A stretch of DNA of 64,000 bases from an uncultured Candidatus Actinomarina sp. (GCA_902613615.1 CACMHQ010000003.1:61758-125757), one strand, 5' to 3'; shown: positions 48,530 through 59,561, counted from the first letter of the stretch. Notes: generated from the letters alone by a model not told the origin. Program-made: numbers and translations.

Positions 48530-49471
48530 TTAAGTATTTAAAGTTTTACTAATTATGTAGCTTGGTCTTCTTTTTATATCTACAAATATCCTTCCAACAT
48601 ATTGTCCAATAATACTTAGAGAAAGAAGTTGAATTCCTGAAAGAAAATAAATTGATGATAATCCAAAAGTCCACCCAAGTATTGTTGTGCCATATCTAAA
48701 TTTATGAAAAAGCGAATATGCTGAAACTAATAAACTTCCAATAGATATTGTAAAGCCAAGAAGTGCTATAAAATTTATAGGTTTTGAAGAAAAACTAAAT
48801 ATACCATTTAATCCCAGACTAAATAATTTTCTGTATGTCATTGTTGCATTTCCATACAGTCTTTTTTCCTTTATTACATCAACATACGCAGTTTTAAAAC
48901 CAAGATATGTTCGTAGTCCATTGAAATATGTAAAATTTTCTGGAAATTTTTTCATTTCATTTATAACTTCTTTATCAATCAATGAAAAGTGACCAACATC
49001 TTTTGGTATATCAATATCAGTAAGTTTTTTTTGGATATTAAAGAATATAGAAAAAATTATTTTGCGAAAAAAATTTTCATCTCTATCAATTCGTTTAGCT
49101 AGTACTACCTGATAACCTTTTTCCCATTCCTTTATAAATTCTTTTATATATTTTGGATTATCTTGAAGATCAGCGTCCATAATTATAAGAGAGTCATCGT
49201 TGCTTAATTCAATCCCTGCTTGAATAGCACTTTGATGTCCAAAATTTCGTGACAAACTGATTCCATTAATATGTTCAAAATTTTTTGAGAGTTCTTCAAT
49301 TTTCTTCCATGTATCATCTGTTGATCCGTCATCAACAAAAGTAAATTCAAATAAATAATCTAAATTTTTGGTCTCTTCACATACTTTTTTATGTATAACA
49401 TCTATGTTTTCTTGTTCATTGTGACAAGGAAGTATTATTTTAAAAGTTTCCATATTTATTAAATAATACAA
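48530..49471 (-). CDS. GT2 GtrB/ArnC-like polyprenyl-phosphate glycosyltransferase
   Basis: LPCHNEQ, VDDGSTD, LSRNFGHQSA, MDADLQD, IIGQYVGRIF...KRRPSYII; true start may be ATG 49453. Confidence 0.93.
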   Translation of the reverse strand: MYYLINMETFKIILPCHNEQENIDVIHKKVCEETKNLDYLFEFTFVDDGSTDDTWKKIEELSKNFEHINGISLSRNFGHQSAIQAGIELSNDDSLIIMDADLQDNPKYIKEFIKEWEKGYQVVLAKRIDRDENFFRKIIFSIFFNIQKKLTDIDIPKDVGHFSLIDKEVINEMKKFPENFTYFNGLRTYLGFKTAYVDVIKEKRLYGNATMTYRKLFSLGLNGIFSFSSKPINFIALLGFTISIGSLLVSAYSLFHKFRYGTTILGWTFGLSSIYFLSGIQLLSLSIIGQYVGRIFVDIKRRPSYIISKTLNT

Positions 49472-49510
49472 TGATTATAAAGCTTTCAATTAAAATTAAT
49501 ACCAATAAAT

Positions 49511-51313
49511 ATGATTAAAAATACTATTAAAATCGGACCCTATTTAATTATATTTTTTGGTTTATTACTTTCAATATTTTTAAATAGTTACACTAATTTA
49601 GACGATTGTATTTCATATACTTACAACTATGACCAAAATAACGATCTTATAAATTTTATCTTTGATTACTCAATTAAAAAACAAAATGTAAACTATCTCC
49701 AATTAGATCTAATTCCAAATTACGGTGGATTATTTTGCATTGGAAGTGAACTATATTTAGATGGTGTAGCAAATCAAACATTTACTACTTCATTAATTTT
49801 TTATAAATTATATCTAGGCTTAACCACAATTATAATTTTTACCTTATATTCTCTTCAAAAAACAAATTCTATAATAAATTTTTCATTTGTTGTTTTACTT
49901 AATACTGGAATTGTTATGAATATTTTCTTTTCAAAATTAATATTTGATTATCATTTGTTAATTTCACTGTTAGCTATTTTTATCTTTTATCACTTATTCA
50001 AAATAAAAAATTATGATGACAAAAATACTATTTTCAACTTATTTGTTTTTATAAATATATATTTTTTATTATTCAATTACAATTTGTTTTCTTTGTTTTC
50101 AATATTGTTTTTTTATATCTATATAAAGAAGTTCACGTTAGTTAAGAACAAAACGGATGTAACAAATTTATTAAAGTATTCAGTTTGTATTTATTATTTT
50201 TTAAGATTAATCGCAGGCTTGTCTGGATATGAGGGAAATTTAAGAGAATTATGGCAATCTCTATCAAACGGAACTTATGGGGGTTCCCCTGTATTTGCTG
50301 ATCTTTATTATGTGTTTAGAATTTTAAATTGTACTAATTTAACTTGTCCAAATGAATATAACGGATACGGACCATTTTTCGAATTAGTAAATATTAACAA
50401 TAGTTTAAAAATTTCTGTTGGTTTATTAAGTATATTTATAATCAGCTTTCTGATATTTTTTGTTATAGAAACATTTAATAATCTAGGTAAATATAATTTT
50501 TATTTATTTTATTTATTTGTAAGCCCCCCTGTTACTTTTGTTTTAGAAAGAATGAATTTAGATATTTTTATTTTTATTTTTAGTTATTTGGCAATTACTT
50601 TATATAAAAATAATAAGAAATATTCAAGCTTATTTATTTTTTCGTTTTTAATACAACTAAAAATCTATCCCATATTTTTTATTTTTGGATTATTTTTATA
50701 TTTAATATCAGAAAGAAGAAAGAAGGAAATTTTAGGTATTACTGCAACAATATTATTAAACAGTGCCTCAATAGTTTATTTCTTAGTTCAAAACAGGGGA
50801 GATAAAATTCCAAATCCGTACGGGATATCGTGGACATATGGATTACCCTCCCATATCAATAATTATTTAGACTTATTAAAAAGCTCTGAAAGTCTTGGAA
50901 TCTTTTTTGTTGCAACTATATTTATATTTTCATTTTTATTTATTTATAAAAATTTCGATTTTATAAAAGTTGTAAAAGCAAAAAAAGATCCATATATATA
51001 TTGCTTCTTAACAACATTTTTTCTTACAGGATTGTTTTACAATTTTGACTATAGACTATCAATGTTTATTTTTATAATTCCAATTTTAATAAAGGATATA
51101 AAGAATAAATTATTTTATACCATTTCGATTATTTTTCTCTTAACAAGTGTTTCTCCACACTTTTATTTTTTAAATAGCGCAAATATAGGAATTATTGAAC
51201 TGACTCTTCCAATAATTTTTGTAGTAATTAACCATATAACATTTTATATTTTAATTTTTGTATCAATTTTTTATATGGTAAATGATTTGAACAAATATAA
51301 AATAAACAATTAA
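49511..51313 (+). CDS. polytopic membrane protein, putative GT-C (GT87-like)
   Basis: FADL...C...C...YGP loop, LERMNLD, LKIYP, NFDYR; many TM. Confidence 0.7.
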   Translation: MIKNTIKIGPYLIIFFGLLLSIFLNSYTNLDDCISYTYNYDQNNDLINFIFDYSIKKQNVNYLQLDLIPNYGGLFCIGSELYLDGVANQTFTTSLIFYKLYLGLTTIIIFTLYSLQKTNSIINFSFVVLLNTGIVMNIFFSKLIFDYHLLISLLAIFIFYHLFKIKNYDDKNTIFNLFVFINIYFLLFNYNLFSLFSILFFYIYIKKFTLVKNKTDVTNLLKYSVCIYYFLRLIAGLSGYEGNLRELWQSLSNGTYGGSPVFADLYYVFRILNCTNLTCPNEYNGYGPFFELVNINNSLKISVGLLSIFIISFLIFFVIETFNNLGKYNFYLFYLFVSPPVTFVLERMNLDIFIFIFSYLAITLYKNNKKYSSLFIFSFLIQLKIYPIFFIFGLFLYLISERRKKEILGITATILLNSASIVYFLVQNRGDKIPNPYGISWTYGLPSHINNYLDLLKSSESLGIFFVATIFIFSFLFIYKNFDFIKVVKAKKDPYIYCFLTTFFLTGLFYNFDYRLSMFIFIIPILIKDIKNKLFYTISIIFLLTSVSPHFYFLNSANIGIIELTLPIIFVVINHITFYILIFVSIFYMVNDLNKYKINN

Positions 51314-51386
51314 CTTTTTTTCACTATCCAAATTTATATTGTTATTGCAATTCTAAATATGCTGTTAAATTGAAATAAAGAGATTA

Positions 51387-52493
51387 ATGAACAAATTTAA
51401 AAAAATAGCTTTTATTAAATTTGGGGGGCTTTCTTCTGGTGGAACCGAAGTATCATTCCAAAATGTAGCGAAGAGTCTGAGTGAAAAATTTAGTGTTGAT
51501 TATTATTATTGTGACTCTGCTCCTTATATTGGTTCTAACTGGGTACACCCTGATACAGACATAGATAGACAAAATTTTTTAGAGATATCAAAAGTTAATC
51601 TAATCAAATTTGAAGTCGGATTTAAAGACGTTACAACAAAAACTCATGATTGGGTTGAAACTAATTTTTGGGAAAAGTTTAATGAAGATGATTATTCATT
51701 ATTATTTATTACATCTGCTGGACATCCAGAATATCCATTTCATAAAATTAAAAAAATACCAATCGTAAATATAGTCACTGTAAATGGTGGAGTTAATAAT
51801 CAAGAAAATATAATAAAAACAATTTTAATTTCTAAAAATTCTGCAGAAACGTGGATAAATCAAGGTGGAAATCAAAACAAAATTTCAATTATTCCTCTTT
51901 GTAGAGAGCCAATAATGCGCTCTAATGAAAATTACCGTTCTGAATTGAAAATTAATGATAAGTTCGTATTTGGATTTCATCAAAGAAGCGATGACAGTAT
52001 ATTTTCTGAAGTTCCACTGAAATCTTTTAAAAGAATCGAAAATGAAGACAATATGTTCTTTTTGTTAGGTGGATCAAAACTTTACGAAGAGCAATCAAAA
52101 GACCTCTCGATTAAAAATTTTATTAAATTACAACCCACTGCTGATATTAAGGTTTTAGATAAATTTTTAAACACTCTTGATGTATTTTCTCATGGTAGAA
52201 AATACGGTGAGACAATGGGTCTGGTTTTGACTGAGGCAATGAGCTATAACTTACCACTTATTAGTCATAGGGCAGAAAGCAATGCTCAAGAAGAAGTAAT
52301 TGGTCCTGCGGGAAAAGTATTTAATAGAAAAAATATATTTTCTTATTCAAGAGAAATGTTAAAGCTACAAAATAATTATAAGTATTACAAAACAATCTCC
52401 AAAAATTCAAGTCTTAGATTTAAGAATAATTATTCTCATGAAATTATTATTAAAAAATATCTTGAAATAGTAGAAAATATAATTGGAAAATAA
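51387..52493 (+). CDS. GT4-family glycosyltransferase
   Basis: SSGGTE, GETMGLVLTEAM (EX7E). Confidence 0.88.
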   Translation: MNKFKKIAFIKFGGLSSGGTEVSFQNVAKSLSEKFSVDYYYCDSAPYIGSNWVHPDTDIDRQNFLEISKVNLIKFEVGFKDVTTKTHDWVETNFWEKFNEDDYSLLFITSAGHPEYPFHKIKKIPIVNIVTVNGGVNNQENIIKTILISKNSAETWINQGGNQNKISIIPLCREPIMRSNENYRSELKINDKFVFGFHQRSDDSIFSEVPLKSFKRIENEDNMFFLLGGSKLYEEQSKDLSIKNFIKLQPTADIKVLDKFLNTLDVFSHGRKYGETMGLVLTEAMSYNLPLISHRAESNAQEEVIGPAGKVFNRKNIFSYSREMLKLQNNYKYYKTISKNSSLRFKNNYSHEIIIKKYLEIVENIIGK

Positions 52494-52495
52494 TT

Positions 52496-53308
52496 TTAGT
52501 CTTCATCTAATTTAAGAAAATTTTTAATATCGTGTTTTTTCCCATCAAAATATAAATTATTCACATCATATTTATTCTGAGCTTTTTCAAATAATTTTTG
52601 ATTAATTAGATTTAAACCATATCTGATTTCAATAGCAGTTCTTTCAATTTCTTGTAAAGAGTTTTTCTTCGTGCTTAAGCCTTTTCCTAAATTTAAAAAA
52701 TATCCTAAATTAATATTTAGATGATACCCCTTACAGTGTCTTCCTAGCCTCATTGCAAAATCATAATCTGCTCCACTTATAAACTGTTCATCAAATTTGC
52801 CAATTACTTCTAAAACATTTCTTCGAAACATAAAAAAAGGACCAAGAATCATTGAATAGGTGAGCTCACCCTCTCTGTTAATTTCATTTATGTAGGTTCC
52901 TTTTTTTGATTTGTATTTATCAACTATTTTATAATTTCCATATACAAAATCTATTTCTGGTTTGGAATCAAATATTTTAACCATCTCTGATAAAGAATCA
53001 GGTGTCCTTAAGTCATCCAGATTCCACAAACAAATTAATTCGGAATCGGATCTGTCTATTGATATATTCCATGTTGTTGGGAGTAAATAATGCTCATAAT
53101 AAACTTTTTTATTAATATTTAATTTCGAATTTCTTGAAGTTATTTTCTCAATGTAAGTCTCCTCTTTTTTTGATACAGGGTCAACCACTTCTAGAAAAAT
53201 TTCAAAGTCTTTGAAAGTCTGTTTTCTTGCGGATTTTAAGTACGTTTTTAAATAATCTTCAGATTTATAATATGATCCCAAAACTGCTATTTTTGTCATT
53301 TCGTACAC
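52496..53308 (-). CDS. GT2-family glycosyltransferase
   Basis: WN, NLDD, VYGNY, GPFFMFRR, GKFDE, DYDFAMR. Confidence 0.85.
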   Translation of the reverse strand: MYEMTKIAVLGSYYKSEDYLKTYLKSARKQTFKDFEIFLEVVDPVSKKEETYIEKITSRNSKLNINKKVYYEHYLLPTTWNISIDRSDSELICLWNLDDLRTPDSLSEMVKIFDSKPEIDFVYGNYKIVDKYKSKKGTYINEINREGELTYSMILGPFFMFRRNVLEVIGKFDEQFISGADYDFAMRLGRHCKGYHLNINLGYFLNLGKGLSTKKNSLQEIERTAIEIRYGLNLINQKLFEKAQNKYDVNNLYFDGKKHDIKNFLKLDED

Positions 53309-53414
53309 ACTAATTTTGAAAAATGTTTCTTAATCATTTAGCTAATAATATATATGTATTTTTAATAATTTATTTCTATATATAAAAAGTAAAGATATTT
53401 AAAATGTCGTTAAT

Positions 53415-54287
53415 TTGAAAATTGTAGCTTTATTACCTGTTAAAAATGAGGATTGGATATTACCAACAACATTAAAACCTCTATGTGAAATTTCTGACCA
53501 CATAATTGCGGCTGATCAATTTTCTACAGATAAAACAAAAACAATTTTGAGTAATGAAGAAAAAGTTACAATTATTGAAAATGAAGAAGCTACTCACTCT
53601 AATAAAGTTAGATGGAAACTTTTAGATCAATCTCGAAAATTGTTTGGAGAGAATAATTTTATAATTAATCTTGATGCGGATGAAATAATACCTCCCAATC
53701 TATTTAATAAGAAATTAAAACAGATTCAACAATTTCCCGCAGGAACTTTATTCTCAGCTCAATGGACACAACTGTGGAGATCTATAAATAAGTATCGATC
53801 TGATGAGGGGGTTTGGAATCCAAAAAATAATAGAAAATTATTTATGTTTCATGATAATGGGAGACAACAATATAGTAATGAATTTGTTTTAAATGACCAT
53901 ACATCTAGAGTTCCAACAATAAATACAGGAAAATTAATAAATTTAAACATACCGTTAATTCATTTTCAATTTGCTAATTGGGATAGATCTCAGATAAAAC
54001 AAGTTTGGTATCAATGTTCTGAAAAAATTAATGGTGTGGAACCAAAAACTATTAATGAAAAATATTATTATTCAACTAACGAAAATAATTTAAAATTATC
54101 AAAAATAAAATCAAAGTGGTTTAAGAATTTAGAAGTAAACAAATCCATAGAAAACTCTTTGATTAATGAAACATGGTATTACAAAGAAATCAAGGATATG
54201 TTTTTAAAGTATGGAAAAGATGAGTTTAAGGATTTAGATATTTGGTCAAATAAATATGTTCAAGAACTTTCAAATTCTCTAAATTAA
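53415..54287 (+). CDS. GT2-family glycosyltransferase
   Basis: LPVKNE, DQFSTD.T, LDADE, LIHFQF. Confidence 0.85.
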   Translation: MKIVALLPVKNEDWILPTTLKPLCEISDHIIAADQFSTDKTKTILSNEEKVTIIENEEATHSNKVRWKLLDQSRKLFGENNFIINLDADEIIPPNLFNKKLKQIQQFPAGTLFSAQWTQLWRSINKYRSDEGVWNPKNNRKLFMFHDNGRQQYSNEFVLNDHTSRVPTINTGKLINLNIPLIHFQFANWDRSQIKQVWYQCSEKINGVEPKTINEKYYYSTNENNLKLSKIKSKWFKNLEVNKSIENSLINETWYYKEIKDMFLKYGKDEFKDLDIWSNKYVQELSNSLN

Positions 54288-55012
54288 GTTATTTCCTCAT
54301 AAAATTTGTTTGAGAAAAATTCATCAATTTCTAGAAGGTCATTTTCGTGATTTTTAGGTTGCTTAATTTTTAATAAATCATTTTCTGTGACATCTATGTT
54401 TAAAAATGACTCTAATTTTGAAATTTCACTTTTTTCTTTTTTTGAAAGTTTTTCAAAAGAAATAGTAGTGTATTCTAACTTAAGTTTTTGTACGAATTTA
54501 TAATTGTGAATCACTTCAAGTAATGAAAAATGACTTGTATATGCCGAAACTATTTTATTTGCGTTATGTCCCCTTTTGATTGTGCTCTTGCAGGCGTTTA
54601 TTATATCTCTATTTGTAAAAATTATTTTCATTTTTACTTCTGAAAAATTTAATAAAAATTCATAAATGGCTGTTAAAGATGGGTAGCTAAATTGTCTTGT
54701 TGCTTCTCTATTAAATGGAAAGCTGTAGTCTAAATAAAAAGAATCATAAGTTTCAATTAAATTTTGAAATTCTAATAAGCCATCTTTATAACTATAGAAT
54801 TCATCAAATCTGTACTTTGAATCTTGATTATTTGCATGGGTCGGCACTCTTAAATAATTTAAAAAATTACATAGATTTGGAGATGTATGCTTCAAGTCAT
54901 ATATTAATTGTTTGTTTTGATCATCTTCTGTTGTTAAATTTGTAGAAATTATATCTCTTACCATATAGTGGCCAGATCCTTCAATGCCAATAAGAAAATA
55001 AAATTTTTTCAT
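54284..55012 (-). CDS. putative sulfotransferase
   Basis: IGIEGSGHY resembles the 5'-PSB loop; IIFTNRDIINACKS resembles 3'-PB R..S; ISFEKL...LESFL; cysDNC nearby. Confidence 0.6.
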   Translation of the reverse strand: MKKFYFLIGIEGSGHYMVRDIISTNLTTEDDQNKQLIYDLKHTSPNLCNFLNYLRVPTHANNQDSKYRFDEFYSYKDGLLEFQNLIETYDSFYLDYSFPFNREATRQFSYPSLTAIYEFLLNFSEVKMKIIFTNRDIINACKSTIKRGHNANKIVSAYTSHFSLLEVIHNYKFVQKLKLEYTTISFEKLSKKEKSEISKLESFLNIDVTENDLLKIKQPKNHENDLLEIDEFFSNKFYEEIT

Positions 55013-55086
55013 TAATGAATATTAAACTTGTTACAAAATTTAAATTGTAAATAAGTTAATAAAATTTAAATCATATAATTTTAATA

Positions 55087-55956
55087 ATGCATAATATTCT
55101 TTTTTGTCTTGACGAAAATGTAAATTTTCAAACTAAAGTTTCTATATTTTCATTACTTGAAAATACAAATAAAAAGATTAATTTCTTTATTCTTCACAAG
55201 AATCCAGACAGTTTCAATCTCAACGAAAAAGAAATACTTAATCACAACTCTTTAAACAATATTAATTTAATTAAATTTAATTTAAATAAAGAAAATTTTC
55301 GTTTAAATAAATCGGTAGAACATGTCACAGAAGCAACATATTATCGTCTCTTTATTGAGAACTTTTTACCAGAAAATTTAAGTGAAATCTTGTATCTTGA
55401 TACAGATGTTTTTTGTAATAAAAATTTTGACAGTATTGTATTCAGTACTTTTGACATTTTAAAAAAATCAAAATTTATTATTGGAAGTAAAACTTCTCAA
55501 ATTGAAAATTCACATTCTGAAAGTCTTATGCTTAGCTCAAAAAAATATTTCAATGCAGGTGTAATGTTTATTGATTTAAAAAAATGGAGAGAAAACAAAA
55601 TAACAAGTGCACTTTCTGACATATTAAGTAAGAATAATTTCAAATATATGGATCAAGATATTATGAATCTTTATTTTGATGGAGATTATTTAGAAATTGA
55701 TCAATATCTAAACTCAAATGTAAATACGAACATAAAGCACTCAATTAAAAATCTAGATATTTATAAAGAGAATGTAATTTTTGCTCATTTTATTGGTAAA
55801 ACTAAACCATGGACATTAAAAGGTGAAGAACACCCGAATTCATATTTTTTTCAAAACTATGCAAGAAGAATTAATAATGGAAGAATTTATTTAGTAGGTA
55901 GAAAGAATATTTCATATTTTTTTAAATTGTTTAACAAAAAACTTTTCAAAAAATAA
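55087..55956 (+). CDS. GT8-family glycosyltransferase
   Basis: TYYRL, LYLDTD, YFNAGVM, DQDIMN, HFIGKTKPW. Confidence 0.93.
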   Translation: MHNILFCLDENVNFQTKVSIFSLLENTNKKINFFILHKNPDSFNLNEKEILNHNSLNNINLIKFNLNKENFRLNKSVEHVTEATYYRLFIENFLPENLSEILYLDTDVFCNKNFDSIVFSTFDILKKSKFIIGSKTSQIENSHSESLMLSSKKYFNAGVMFIDLKKWRENKITSALSDILSKNNFKYMDQDIMNLYFDGDYLEIDQYLNSNVNTNIKHSIKNLDIYKENVIFAHFIGKTKPWTLKGEEHPNSYFFQNYARRINNGRIYLVGRKNISYFFKLFNKKLFKK

Positions 55957-55990
55957 TCAACAAAAACACTCCAATTATTTAATCTATTAG

Positions 55991-56911
55991 ATGAGGAAGA
56001 TATACAAATTTAGACTAAGTATGAGAAAATTATTAGACCAATTGGAAGACAACAGTATTTCTATAATAAAAGAAACATATTCTAGATCTACAAACCCAAT
56101 AGTCCTTTATTCGATTGGAAAAGACTCCTCTGTTCTTCTTCATTTATTTAGAAAAGCATTTTATCCAAATATACCAAAAATAAATTTCTTACATATTGAT
56201 ACAGGATGGAAATTTAAAGAGATGATTGAGTTTCGAAATCAAGTCGAAAAAAAATATGGGGTGAAAATAATTGTTAAAAAAAATTTAGATGGTGAAGAAA
56301 AAGGGATTACACCTTTCAACAATGAAAATTATACAAATATTATGAAAACAGATGCGCTCAAGGAAGCACTTTCAGAAGGAAAATACGATTTTGTATATGG
56401 TGGTGCACGAAGAGATGAGGAAAGTAGTAGATCAAAAGAAAAAATTGTTTCACACAGAGACAAATATCACAAGTGGGATCCAAAAAATCAAAGAATTGAA
56501 CCATGGGGTATGTTTAATACAGAGCTTAAAAAGGATGAAAGTTTTAGAGTTTTCCCTTTATCTAATTGGACAGAACTGAATATTTGGCAGTATATACAAA
56601 AAGAAAAAATTGAGATAGTTCCTTTATATTTTGCAAAAGAGAGAAATGTAATCATAAGAGACAATGAGATTTATCTATATGACGATAAAAGATTTGAAGT
56701 AAAAAAAACAGATTTAATAAAAAAAGAATTCGTGAGATTTAGAACACTTGGGTGTTATCCATTAACTGCTGGTGTAAAAAGTAAAGCTAATACTTTATCA
56801 AAAATAATTAAGGAAATTGAAGATAGTGAATTTTCTGAAAGAAGTGGGCGACTAATTGATTTCGATAAAGTTGGAAGCATGGAGTTAAAAAAAATTGAAG
56901 GATATTTCTAA
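55991..56911 (+). CDS. cysD: sulfate adenylyltransferase subunit 2
   Basis: LYSIGKDSSV, GGARRDEE, WDPKNQR.E, RVFPLSNWTE, RFRTLGCYPLT, KKIEGYF; start could be ATG 56021. Confidence 0.96.
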   Translation: MRKIYKFRLSMRKLLDQLEDNSISIIKETYSRSTNPIVLYSIGKDSSVLLHLFRKAFYPNIPKINFLHIDTGWKFKEMIEFRNQVEKKYGVKIIVKKNLDGEEKGITPFNNENYTNIMKTDALKEALSEGKYDFVYGGARRDEESSRSKEKIVSHRDKYHKWDPKNQRIEPWGMFNTELKKDESFRVFPLSNWTELNIWQYIQKEKIEIVPLYFAKERNVIIRDNEIYLYDDKRFEVKKTDLIKKEFVRFRTLGCYPLTAGVKSKANTLSKIIKEIEDSEFSERSGRLIDFDKVGSMELKKIEGYF

Positions 56912-58671
56912 TGGTTGGCAAAAGAATAAATATCATGACGTGTGGAAATGTTGATGATGGTAAGTCAACTTTGCTTGGGAGATTTTTATTTGAAACAAAC
57001 AATATATCTATAGATCAATCGGAGTATTTGAAAAGAATTCAACAACATTTTCTAAGCAAAAACTCAGAACACGAGATAGATTACTCAATGCTTTTAGATG
57101 GCCTAATTGATGAAAAAAAACAGGGTATAACCATTGACATCGCATTCAAATTTTTTAAATTAGGATCTAAAGAATTTGTATTTATTGATTCACCTGGGCA
57201 TCAAGAATACACAAAAAATATGGCACATGCAGCAACACATGCAAACGCCGCTCTTTTAATCGTTGATGTAACAAATGGTTTTAGTGAACAAACTATAAAT
57301 CATTTGAACATTATTTCTATTTTTCCAAACGTAGAGAACATTATTGTTTGTATTAATAAAATGGACAAAGTTAATTATTCAAAATTAAAATTTAATGAAC
57401 TAGTCAAAAAAATTCAAAAGTATGCAGAAGAAAAAAACATAAAAATTCAAAACTTTATTCCCGTCTCAGGCTTGATGGGTGAAAACATAACTTCTAAATC
57501 AAAAAAAATGAAATTTTATACCGGTAATTGTTTATATGATTTAATTTTGAATATTCCCTCTATATCTAATAATTCACCAAACTGGTCATATTTTAAGATC
57601 CAAAATATTGAAAAATATAAACAAGATAGAATCTATCATGCCCAACATTATGGCAAAAGAGTCAAAATAGATGATACATTAGTTAACCAGAGAACAAACC
57701 AAAAAGTAAAATTAAAGAATATATATTCAAATCTCAAATCTGTTGACAATGTTTTTAGAAAGTCTGCTAATTTACAATTCCAAAATGAAATTGACATTAC
57801 ACAAGGAGACATCTTGACAAAGAACTATGAGATTGCCAAATCTGATAGTTTTAAAGCTTTAATTGTTGCTTCAAATGGAAGTGGATTAATTAAAAATAAA
57901 AGGTATCTGTTCCAATTTGATCACTTTTCTTCGAAGGGATATATTTCAAAAATTAAGAAAATTCATAATACATATATTTATGAATTTACCGTTGAATTAG
58001 AAAGCAAATCAATATTCTGTGACTATAAAAATGCTTACGAACTTTCTAAATTAATGATAATTGATATATCATCGAATGAAACTATGGGTTTCGGATATGT
58101 TATGTATAAACTTGATAGGGGTATTAATGTTATTGAACAAGATACCGTATTCTCAAATAAATTTACAGATTGTAAAACAATCTGGCTTACTGGCCTCCCT
58201 GCCTCTGGAAAGTCAACAATTTCAAATGTCTTAGGAGAACAATTAAACAAAAATAATATTAAATTTTATATTTTGGATGGAGACAATTTAAGATCTACAA
58301 TAAATAAAAATTTAGGATTTTCAAAAGAAGACAGGATAGAGAACAATCGAAGAGTCGCCTATATAGCAAAAGTTTTAAATGACGCAGGTGTAAATGCCAT
58401 TGTTGCAACCGTTTCTCCATACAAAGAGAATCGCGATTTAGCAAGAGATATAATCGGTGAAGATAATTTCATAGAAGTTTATGTGAAAGCATCAATTGAA
58501 ACTTGTATAAGTAGAGATCCTAAAAATCTTTATAGTTCTTCAAAAAAAATAAAAAATATTACTGGTCTACATGAAGATTATGAAGTTCCTAATGATCCTG
58601 GCATTGTGCTTGAAACAGAAAAGTATACTCCAAAAGAATTAGCAGAAGATTTGTTGAAATTTTTTGTTTAG
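56911..58671 (+). CDS. cysNC: bifunctional sulfate adenylyltransferase subunit 1 / APS kinase
   Basis: GNVDDGKSTL, QGITID, DSPGH, NKMD; C-terminal WLTGLPASGKST, LDGDNLR, RDPKNLY. Confidence 0.93.
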   Translation: MVGKRINIMTCGNVDDGKSTLLGRFLFETNNISIDQSEYLKRIQQHFLSKNSEHEIDYSMLLDGLIDEKKQGITIDIAFKFFKLGSKEFVFIDSPGHQEYTKNMAHAATHANAALLIVDVTNGFSEQTINHLNIISIFPNVENIIVCINKMDKVNYSKLKFNELVKKIQKYAEEKNIKIQNFIPVSGLMGENITSKSKKMKFYTGNCLYDLILNIPSISNNSPNWSYFKIQNIEKYKQDRIYHAQHYGKRVKIDDTLVNQRTNQKVKLKNIYSNLKSVDNVFRKSANLQFQNEIDITQGDILTKNYEIAKSDSFKALIVASNGSGLIKNKRYLFQFDHFSSKGYISKIKKIHNTYIYEFTVELESKSIFCDYKNAYELSKLMIIDISSNETMGFGYVMYKLDRGINVIEQDTVFSNKFTDCKTIWLTGLPASGKSTISNVLGEQLNKNNIKFYILDGDNLRSTINKNLGFSKEDRIENNRRVAYIAKVLNDAGVNAIVATVSPYKENRDLARDIIGEDNFIEVYVKASIETCISRDPKNLYSSSKKIKNITGLHEDYEVPNDPGIVLETEKYTPKELAEDLLKFFV

Positions 58672-58672
58672 T

Positions 58673-59542
58673 TTATCTTAATTTTGAAAACTGATACTTT
58701 ACTTTTTCAAAAATAGATTTCTTTTTAAAAAAGTAATTATTTTTTCCAAAATAAATAGGCTTTTTTAAATTATTAAAATAATTTAAATAAAATTTTACTT
58801 TTTCCCAGTTTGAAGAACTACGGTCTCTTACTGTAAGAATTGGATAATCATATTGTTTTTTTGTATTATTTTTGAAATATGTTTCATCACTTAAGATTAT
58901 TGATTCATATTTTTTTCCTAATATGCTAAAAATACTTTGGTCATGTCTAGGAGAGCTAAATCCTTTAATTTGATTTTTATTATAAAAATTAGTGATAAGT
59001 TTTTCGTCATAGTCTAATAATTCCAGAAATTCTTTAACAAAATTTTTAGATGTAGCATTGTTTTTAACAAAGATAACCCCACCTGCTAATTGATCACTTT
59101 CTCCAAAATTTGAATTTATATTTAAATCAAAATAATTAAACACTTCTTTAGATGTCCAGTATTTTTCTTTCTTATCAATAGAGAATCTGAGAAATGATTT
59201 ATCCGATTCATGAAGAATCTCAAAATATTCATTCATTCTTTTTCTAGCTTTTATATTTATTGTCGAACCTGCATCTAAATAAAGAAAAATATCGTTTTCT
59301 TTTGTCTTTTTTAACATTAGATCAAGTATATATATTTTCCATATCCAATAACCACCACCCAATTCATCATTGAAAACATTTTTAAATCTAAGCTTAAATT
59401 CCTTGGATATGTCTTTTTGACTAAATACATGTATTTCGTCAAAAAAATTTAGTTGATTAGCTTGATATCTTATTCGTTTCTTCTGAATATTAAAGCTTCT
59501 ATCACCATACGTAACAAAATGTTTTGAAAACATAATTAACAA
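58673..59542 (-). CDS. putative nucleotide-sugar transferase (GT-A-like)
   Basis: GGYWIWK, LYLDAG, RHDQSIFS motifs; glycan-locus context. Confidence 0.6.
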   Translation of the reverse strand: MLIMFSKHFVTYGDRSFNIQKKRIRYQANQLNFFDEIHVFSQKDISKEFKLRFKNVFNDELGGGYWIWKIYILDLMLKKTKENDIFLYLDAGSTINIKARKRMNEYFEILHESDKSFLRFSIDKKEKYWTSKEVFNYFDLNINSNFGESDQLAGGVIFVKNNATSKNFVKEFLELLDYDEKLITNFYNKNQIKGFSSPRHDQSIFSILGKKYESIILSDETYFKNNTKKQYDYPILTVRDRSSSNWEKVKFYLNYFNNLKKPIYFGKNNYFFKKKSIFEKVKYQFSKLR

Positions 59543-59561
59543 TGACTATTGTATTATTGAT

